Part shown: one piece after another, positions 19,201 through 24,945 of the stretch | Position numbering within the stretch: the first letter of the stretch is position 1 | Layout of the letters: each line of letters starts with the position of its first letter | NCBI GenBank assembly: GCA_036505655.1 | Contig: DASXTD010000109.1 | Coordinates: 1 to 24,945, forward strand | From: Chloroflexota bacterium | GTDB lineage: Bacteria > Chloroflexota > UBA6077 > SHYK01 | Length of the DNA stretch: 24,945 nucleotides | Direction of reading: 5' to 3' | Position numbers and translations under genes: made by a program | The notes under the pieces: generated by a model | Databases searched by the model: none | What the model saw: only the letters and a program-made list of their open reading frames with translations | What the model was told of the DNA's origin: nothing

Positions 19201-19234
19201 TTCCTCCGTCATTCCCACTTCCTCCGTCATTCCC
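19201..19234 (+). repeat. 16-nt direct repeat TTCCTCCGTCATTCCC x2 (18-nt period)
   Basis: Identical copies at 19201-19216 and 19219-19234; the second copy includes the left end of the palindromic element. Confidence 0.85.
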
Positions 19235-19297
19235 GCGAAAGCGGGAATCTAGGAGCTTGCGAGTCTGTCTGGATTCCCGCGTCTGCGGGAATGACGG
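19224..19297. repeat. 74-bp dimeric palindromic repeat (REP/MITE-like, CGTC-ended, ATTCCC-N8-GGGAAT units)
   Basis: 13-bp perfect terminal inverted repeat CCGTCATTCCCGC...GCGGGAATGACGG; internal hairpins ATTCCCGC-GAAA-GCGGGAAT and ATTCCCGC-GTCT-GCGGGAAT; the two 29-bp units are inverted copies with 25/29 identity. Confidence 0.85.
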
Positions 19298-19304
19298 CCT
19301 CAAA

Positions 19305-22300
19305 CTATTCGCCCCGCTCGAACCCGGTCAGGTTGATGTCGAGCGAAGGCACGTAGTCCGAGCTGATGTCCTCCAGCAGCGGAATGCCCTTTTCTTCTTC
19401 ATTGAGGATCTCGACCGCCAGCCCGAGACTCTGCAGCTCTTTCACCAAGACCTTGAAGGATTCTGGCACGCCCGGCTGGAAGACTTCCTCACCTTTTACG
19501 ACCGCTTCGTAGGTCTTCACGCGGCCAGCTACGTCGTCCGACTTGACCGTGAGCATCTCCTGGAGCGTGTGCGCCGCGCCATAGGCCTCCAGCGCCCAAA
19601 CTTCCATCTCGCCGAACCGCTGCCCGCCGAACTGCGCCTTGCCGCCCAACGGCTGCTGTGTAATGAGCGAGTAGGGACCCGTGGAGCGGGCGTGAATCTT
19701 GTCCTCCACCAGGTGGATAAGCTTCAGCATGTAGATGTAGCCGACTGTGATTCGTTGGCCGAACGGCTCACCGGTGCGGCCGTCCCGCATCCACTCCTTG
19801 CCGTCCTCTGGCAAGCCGGCCGCCTGCAACTGGGCCCGGATATCCGCTTCGGTCGCCCCGTCGAACACGGGCGAGGCAAACGACAGGCCCAGAGCTTCGG
19901 CCGCCCATCCGAGGTGCGTCTCCAGGATCTGGCCGACGTTCATTCGCGAGGGGACGCCCAGTGGATTCAAAACGATCTCAACCGGTCGCCCGTCGGGCAA
20001 GAACGGCATGTCTTCCAGGGGAAGGATCTTGGCTACCACGCCCTTGTTGCCGTGCCGTCCTGCCATCTTATCGCCCTCGGCGACTTTGCGCTTCTGGGCC
20101 ATCGTGACGCGCACCATTTTGTGCACGCCCGCGGGCAGATCCGCGTGGCCATCTCGATCGAACACCCGTACGTCGACCACCCGGCCGCGCTCCCCGTGCG
20201 GCACGCGCAGCGAAGTGTCCTTCACCTCGCGCGCCTTCTCGCCGAAGATCGCGCGTAGTAGTCTTTCCTCGGCGGTCTGCTCGGTTTCACCCTTGGGCGT
20301 GATCTTGCCTACCAGAATGTCTCCAGGGGTCACGTCAGCACCCACCCGGATAATTCCTTCTTCGTCGAGGTCGCGCAGGGCATCGTCACCGGCATTAGGA
20401 ATATCGCGCGTGATCTCCTCGGGACCGAGCTTCGTGTCCCGTGCCTCGATCTCGTGTTTTTCGATGTGAACCGAAGTGAACTTGTCATCCCGGACGATGC
20501 TTTCGCTCAGGATGATTGCGTCCTCGAAATTGCTGCCTTCCCACGACATGAACGCCACCAGCACGTTCTGACCGAGGGCGAGCTCCCCGCCCTGGGTCGA
20601 AGAGCTGTCGGCCAGCGGCTGGCCCGCCCGAATTTTCTGGCCGCGCCGTACGATGGGCCGCTGGTTCATGCATGTGCCCTGGTTGGAGCGGGCGTATTTG
20701 CGGAGCGTCACCGTCTCTCGTCTGGGAGGGGTGCTGCCGCCATCCTCTTCTAGTGCCCGCAGCACCACGTGGCCGGCGTCCACGCTCTCGACCGAGCTGT
20801 CGAAAGGCGCCAGCAGAACCTGGCCGGAGTCACGCGCGGTCTGAACCTCCATGCCGGTGCCCACGAGAGGCGCCTCAGGCGCGACCAGCGGCACCGCCTG
20901 ACGCTGCATGTTGGCGCCCATCAGCGCTCGGTTGGCGTCGTCGTGCTCGAGGAAGGGGATCAATGCTGCCGCGACGCTTACGATCTGGTGCGGCGAGACG
21001 TCCACGTAGTCCACCTCACTCGGCAAAGCCATCGAGAAGTGGGGCCCGTGACGAACCGATACCTGCTCATCCATGAAGCTTCCATCTTCATTCAGGCGCA
21101 CGTTGGCCTGGGCGATGGTGTAGTGGTCCTCTTCGTCGGCAGGCAAGAGCCGAATTTGGTCGGTGACAAACGGCTCTATGCGAATGATCCGAGCATCTTT
21201 CAATCCGGCCAGCTTTTTGGCGAGCGCATCGTCGATGGTCGTCCCCTTCGCCGCCACTTCTTTCTTGCCATCAGTGACCGTCTCCGAGAGCGTCTTCCCC
21301 ACCGTCTGGGCGGCGACGTTATCCACCTGGTGGCTCACCACCCGGTATGGCGTCTCGATGAAACCGTATTCATTGATCTGCCCGTAGGTCGCCAGCGATC
21401 CAATCAAGCCGATGTTCGGACCTTCAGGTGTCTCGATTGGACAGATACGGCCATAGTGGCTGTGGTGAACATCGCGGACCTCGAAACCGGCTCGGTCTCG
21501 GGACAGGCCGCCCGGCCCAAGGGCTGATAGGCGCCGCTTATGGGTCAGCTCGGCGACCGGGTTCGTCTGGTCCATGAACTGCGAAAGCTGGCTGCCTCCG
21601 AAAAATTCGCGCATAGCGGCCACCACGGGCCGAATATTGATCAATGTGGAAGGCGTGGCGGTCGCCGGCTCGATGATGCTCATACGCTCTTTGACCACGC
21701 GCTCCATACGCAGGAGGCCAACTCGGAACTGGTTCTGGATCAGCTCACCCACCGCACGCACCCGCCGATTGCCCAGGTGGTCGATGTCGTCGGCCTCGCC
21801 TCGGCCCGTGTTCATGATGATCATTTCGCGCACGATGGCGATCAAATCCTGGGGCGTCAGCACCCGCTTGATCAACGGGTCCGGATGGCTGAGGCGGCGG
21901 TTGACCTTGTAACGGCCCACCTTGCCCAGGTCGTAACGGCGGAAATTGAACAGCAGCGACTTCAGCAGCGCCTTGGCGTTAGCGACCGTGGGAGGATCAC
22001 CCGGACGGAGCCGTCGATAGAAATCGATGACGGCCTCATCGGACGATTTGGTCGGATCCCGGTCGATAGTGGACTGGATGAAATGGTGGTCAGCGTGGCT
22101 GTCTACGCTCTCGTACAGCGCGAGTAGCTCTTCATCAGAGCCTTCTCGCAGGCCCGGAATGAGCCCTACTTCTTCGTCATCTTGGAGGGCCGCGACGGCT
22201 CGCAGCAAGGTGGTTAGAGGGATCTTGCGCTTGCGGTCTACTTTGACCGAGAGAACGTCGCGGTTCGATGTCTCGAACTCCAGCCAGGCGCCCCTGCTGG

Positions 22301-22838
22301 GGATGAGTTTACCCTTGCACAGCGGGCGTCGGCTCGTCTCATCCTCGTCTAGGGTGAAATACACGCCCGGGGAACGCACGAGCTGGCTCACCACGACACG
22401 CTCGGCGCCATTAATGATGAAGGTGCCATGGGAGGTCATCATGGGCAAATCTCCCATGAAGATCTCCATCTCCTTCTGCTCGCCCTCTTCGCCTTTCGTA
22501 GTCAGGCGTGTCCACACCCGCAGCGAAGAGGCATACGTCAGGTCGGCCTCGCGGCACTCCTCCTCGCTGTATTTCGGGTCGGTAAAACGGTAGGACGGCT
22601 CGCCGTTAGGACCCGCCACAGCCAGCTCAAGATCCATGTTGCGGCCGGTGAAATCCTGGATCGGCGAGACTTCGTCGAAGACTTCCTTGATGCCCTCATC
22701 GATGAACCACTGGAACGACCGTCGCTGTACATCCACCAAGTTGGGCATCGGCAGCACCTCAGGGATGCGTGCAAACGACACGCGCTCCGGATGCCTGCGA
22801 ATCTCCAACGGCGAAGCGAAACGGGGGGCTATTGCCAT
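19305..22838 (-). CDS. rpoB: DNA-directed RNA polymerase subunit beta
   Basis: [31 protein letters not shown]...[43 protein letters not shown]; AGGAG SD; 1177 aa. Confidence 0.99.
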   Translation of the reverse strand: MAIAPRFASPLEIRRHPERVSFARIPEVLPMPNLVDVQRRSFQWFIDEGIKEVFDEVSPIQDFTGRNMDLELAVAGPNGEPSYRFTDPKYSEEECREADLTYASSLRVWTRLTTKGEEGEQKEMEIFMGDLPMMTSHGTFIINGAERVVVSQLVRSPGVYFTLDEDETSRRPLCKGKLIPSRGAWLEFETSNRDVLSVKVDRKRKIPLTTLLRAVAALQDDEEVGLIPGLREGSDEELLALYESVDSHADHHFIQSTIDRDPTKSSDEAVIDFYRRLRPGDPPTVANAKALLKSLLFNFRRYDLGKVGRYKVNRRLSHPDPLIKRVLTPQDLIAIVREMIIMNTGRGEADDIDHLGNRRVRAVGELIQNQFRVGLLRMERVVKERMSIIEPATATPSTLINIRPVVAAMREFFGGSQLSQFMDQTNPVAELTHKRRLSALGPGGLSRDRAGFEVRDVHHSHYGRICPIETPEGPNIGLIGSLATYGQINEYGFIETPYRVVSHQVDNVAAQTVGKTLSETVTDGKKEVAAKGTTIDDALAKKLAGLKDARIIRIEPFVTDQIRLLPADEEDHYTIAQANVRLNEDGSFMDEQVSVRHGPHFSMALPSEVDYVDVSPHQIVSVAAALIPFLEHDDANRALMGANMQRQAVPLVAPEAPLVGTGMEVQTARDSGQVLLAPFDSSVESVDAGHVVLRALEEDGGSTPPRRETVTLRKYARSNQGTCMNQRPIVRRGQKIRAGQPLADSSSTQGGELALGQNVLVAFMSWEGSNFEDAIILSESIVRDDKFTSVHIEKHEIEARDTKLGPEEITRDIPNAGDDALRDLDEEGIIRVGADVTPGDILVGKITPKGETEQTAEERLLRAIFGEKAREVKDTSLRVPHGERGRVVDVRVFDRDGHADLPAGVHKMVRVTMAQKRKVAEGDKMAGRHGNKGVVAKILPLEDMPFLPDGRPVEIVLNPLGVPSRMNVGQILETHLGWAAEALGLSFASPVFDGATEADIRAQLQAAGLPEDGKEWMRDGRTGEPFGQRITVGYIYMLKLIHLVEDKIHARSTGPYSLITQQPLGGKAQFGGQRFGEMEVWALEAYGAAHTLQEMLTVKSDDVAGRVKTYEAVVKGEEVFQPGVPESFKVLVKELQSLGLAVEILNEEEKGIPLLEDISSDYVPSLDINLTGFERGE

Positions 22839-22859
22839 ACGAGATACTCCTTCTGCATC

Positions 22860-22970
22860 TACGGTACTGACGGGCTCTCGGCCTAGGGTTTCATCCCGAG
22901 GCCACTCCGCTTATTTACGGCACTGACTCGCTCTCGGCCCCACGGTTTGATCCCGAGGCCGCTCCGCTTA
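22860..22970 (-). repeat. Tandem ~55-nt imperfect repeat with internal hairpin in the rpoB 5' leader
   Basis: Copies 22860-22913 and 22916-22970; 7 substitutions and 1 indel by manual alignment; both fold into a GGCCU..RGGCC-closed hairpin on the mRNA strand. Confidence 0.85.
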
Positions 22971-22991
22971 ATTGCTGACTGCGACGAGGGG

Positions 22992-23030
22992 AAAAGGTTT
23001 CCTAGGACAAATTTCGGACTAGGAACACCT
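22992..23030 (-). promoter_or_regulatory. 11-bp leader hairpin ending in a U4 run (weak terminator or pause candidate)
   Basis: mRNA AGGU-G-UUCCUAG-(13-nt loop)-CUAGGAA-ACCU-UUU. Confidence 0.45.
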
Positions 23031-23109
23031 GAGCCGCGCAGGGCAGCGCGTTAGGACATGTCGACGGAAAAACTAGACACTACGCCTCTTATGACTACGA
23101 TCCCGTCTC

Positions 23110-23139
23110 AGTGTAAGGACGTCAGGGACCGCTTGTCAA
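23110..23139 (-). promoter_or_regulatory. Sigma70/SigA-type promoter for rpoB
   Basis: Minus strand TTGACA (23139-23134) - 18 nt - TACACT (23115-23110). Confidence 0.75.
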
Positions 23140-23175
23140 CTGCTTGTGCTGGTTCAGGACCTTGGTGACCGCTGC

Positions 23176-24237
23176 CTAGCGAGGCCCAAAGAGTGGGAGC
23201 GGCGAGCTCAGCTCGTACAGGGAGACAGCGGCCACGATGGATATCAGCGCCACGAATCCGGCCAAGTGAATCAGGGCCTCCCGCTCCGGTGCCAACCGCC
23301 GACCGCGAACGGCCTCGATGGCGACGAAAAGAAGACGACCGCCATCGAGGGCGGGCAAAGGCAGAAAATTAAACACGCCCATGCCGGCGCTGAGAGTCGC
23401 GGTCAGGAGCAGGACAAAGAAGAACGAGCCCGTCTGTACGACCGTCTGGGCGGCTTCCCCGGCCAATTGGGTCATCCCTGGCAGCCCGATGGGTCGAACA
23501 TCCTCGAAGGGCAGATCTCCGCGAATAGCCATGACGGGCGCGCTGAGCGTCAGCCCCACCAGATCAAAGGTCTGGCGTAAGCCAAACCCTAACGAGCTGA
23601 TCGGATCGTGGGGCACCGGCACCAGCGTGGTCGAGAGCCGAATGCCGAGTGGCCCCTGGCCCTGGGGCCAACTCGCCCGCGGCACGATTGGGAGATCAAG
23701 CATCTGGCTCTGCCGCTCCACGGTCAGGACGATCAGTTGGCCCAGGTGGGCATCTGTGAAATCTCGGAACTGGGCGGGCGAGCCCAGTGCTTGGCCATTT
23801 GCGAGACGAAGTACGTCACCCGGTTGTAATCCCGCTTGCTCGGCCGGAGTGCCGGCTACGACCTCTTGAACTCGCACTATGGCCGCGGAGGGATCGGGCC
23901 AGCCAGTGCCGTAGGCGAGCGCGAACACCAGGACGGCCGAGATCAGGTTGACCGCCGGGCCAGCTGCCAGCACGACCGCCCGCTGAGACTTCGACTTGCT
24001 GGCGAAGCTGCCCGGACTGGTGGGGTCCTCTTCCCCCAGCATCCGCACGTAAGCACCCAACGGAAGCAAATTCAGCGAATAACGGATTCCTCCCCGCACC
24101 ACGCTGGCTATCCGGGGAGGGAAACCAACCGCGAATTCTTCGACCTTGATCCCGTTTAGACGCGCGGTTACGAAGTGACCCAACTCATGCAGGATAAGCA
24201 ACATGAGCAGAATTGGCAGAATGGCAAGTTTTTCCAT
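23176..24237 (-). CDS. rseP: RseP/RasP-like site-2 intramembrane zinc metalloprotease (M50) with one PDZ domain
   Basis: HELGH (HExxH), GIKVEEFAVGFPP, AGPAVN, PDZ SPA-like 'GTPAEQAGLQPGD', FNFLPLPALDGG; directly downstream of dxr. Confidence 0.92.
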   Translation of the reverse strand: MEKLAILPILLMLLILHELGHFVTARLNGIKVEEFAVGFPPRIASVVRGGIRYSLNLLPLGAYVRMLGEEDPTSPGSFASKSKSQRAVVLAAGPAVNLISAVLVFALAYGTGWPDPSAAIVRVQEVVAGTPAEQAGLQPGDVLRLANGQALGSPAQFRDFTDAHLGQLIVLTVERQSQMLDLPIVPRASWPQGQGPLGIRLSTTLVPVPHDPISSLGFGLRQTFDLVGLTLSAPVMAIRGDLPFEDVRPIGLPGMTQLAGEAAQTVVQTGSFFFVLLLTATLSAGMGVFNFLPLPALDGGRLLFVAIEAVRGRRLAPEREALIHLAGFVALISIVAAVSLYELSSPLPLFGPR

Positions 24238-24286
24238 TTAGTCTCTCAGTCTAACTGGCTGGCACATGGAGGCAGGCAAAAATCGC

Positions 24287-24945
24287 TTAGCAGTCCATCT
24301 CTCGCGCTACGGCCCGCGCCCAGCTGTCCACAGCCAGGATCGCAGCGAGGGACCGATCCTTCTCGGGCTGATGCAGATCGAGCGTGCGCTTGACGACCGG
24401 CACGATCTGGGTAAAGCCGAGGTCGCCAGTCAGAAATCGTTCGACGGCAATCTCATTAGCCGCGTTCAGCGCCGCCGGGTAGGAGCTCCCCGCTTCCGCT
24501 ACTTCTCGGGCTAGGTGCAACGCCGGATACCGTTCGTCATCCACTGGCTCGAAGGTCAAGCCCCCAGCCGCGAGCAGGTCCAGTGTCGGAAGGTCTGCGG
24601 ATGGCCGCTCGGGGTAGACCAGTGCATGTAAGAGCGGGAACCGCATGTCCGGCGTAGAGAGCTGAGCCTTGCTGGAGCCATCTCGAAACTCCACCACCGC
24701 ATGAACGATGCTCTGGCGGTGCAGCATCACGCTGACCATGGACGCGGGCACTGAAAACAGCCAACTCGCTTCGATGATCTCCAGTCCTTTGTTCATAAGA
24801 GTCGCCGAATCGATCGTGATTTTGGGCCCCATGGACCAGGTGGGGTGCTGCAGGGCCTGCTCCGGCTTTACGGCTTCTAGCTCGCACAGCGGCACGTCAC
24901 GAAGCGCTCCCCCGGACGACGTCAGGATGATCCGGTGTACTGCCT
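24287..24945 (-). CDS. dxr: 1-deoxy-D-xylulose-5-phosphate reductoisomerase (partial, 5' end outside window)
   Basis: The frame stays open to the right edge (IILTSSGGALRD), then HPTWSMGPKITIDSATLMNKGLEIIEA, HRQSIVHAVVEFRDGS, LNAANEIAV. Confidence 0.96.
   Translation of the reverse strand, partial: AVHRIILTSSGGALRDVPLCELEAVKPEQALQHPTWSMGPKITIDSATLMNKGLEIIEASWLFSVPASMVSVMLHRQSIVHAVVEFRDGSSKAQLSTPDMRFPLLHALVYPERPSADLPTLDLLAAGGLTFEPVDDERYPALHLAREVAEAGSSYPAALNAANEIAVERFLTGDLGFTQIVPVVKRTLDLHQPEKDRSLAAILAVDSWARAVAREMDC

Noticed and set aside
19185-20258. 357-aa plus-strand ORF starting MISVPFPPSFPLPPSFPRKRES...LDSRVCGND
   Set aside because: The N-terminus is just the translation of the palindromic repeat, and the remainder is antisense to rpoB.
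21520-21590. Possible intrinsic rifampicin resistance ([17 protein letters not shown])
   Set aside because: The key contact residues (Q513, D516, H526, R529, S531 in E. coli numbering) are intact. Ala at 522 also occurs in susceptible Bacillus, and L521V alone is not interpretable.
22860-22980. CRISPR or tRNA interpretation of the rpoB-leader repeats
   Set aside because: Only two adjacent imperfect copies, no unique spacers and no cas genes; no cloverleaf, T-loop or CCA. A possible third copy is limited to CTGACT at 22975-22980.

Overview
This is a GC-rich bacterial housekeeping window with all 30 recognisable genes on the minus strand. In transcription order they are dxr (5'-truncated) - rseP - promoter plus ~265-nt leader - rpoB - rpoC - rpsL - rpsG - fusA - tuf - the complete S10 and spc ribosomal-protein clusters (rpsJ to rplO) - secY (3'-truncated). 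Protein signatures (EF-G '[11 protein letters not shown]', long RpoC N-terminal insertion, S12 insert, Cys4 L24) suggest a Chloroflexota-like lineage, which is an inference. I saw no rRNA, tRNA, CRISPR array or transposase. The unusual content is in the spacers and protein tails: (1) a tandem ~55-nt structured repeat in the rpoB leader just upstream of the RBS, with a degenerate look-alike after fusA; (2) a 74-bp ATTCCC-N8-GGGAAT dimeric palindromic element, with a slipped duplication of its end, between rpoB and rpoC; (3) an intrinsic-terminator-like hairpin plus U7 about 45 nt upstream of tuf, preceded by an extended -10; (4) an 18-codon ORF that exactly bridges rplN and rplX; (5) a structured 134-nt rpsL-rpsG spacer; (6) long Pro/Ala/acidic C-terminal tails on L4, S3, S5, S17 and RpoC. 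All structures were read by eye, with no folding or database searches run.
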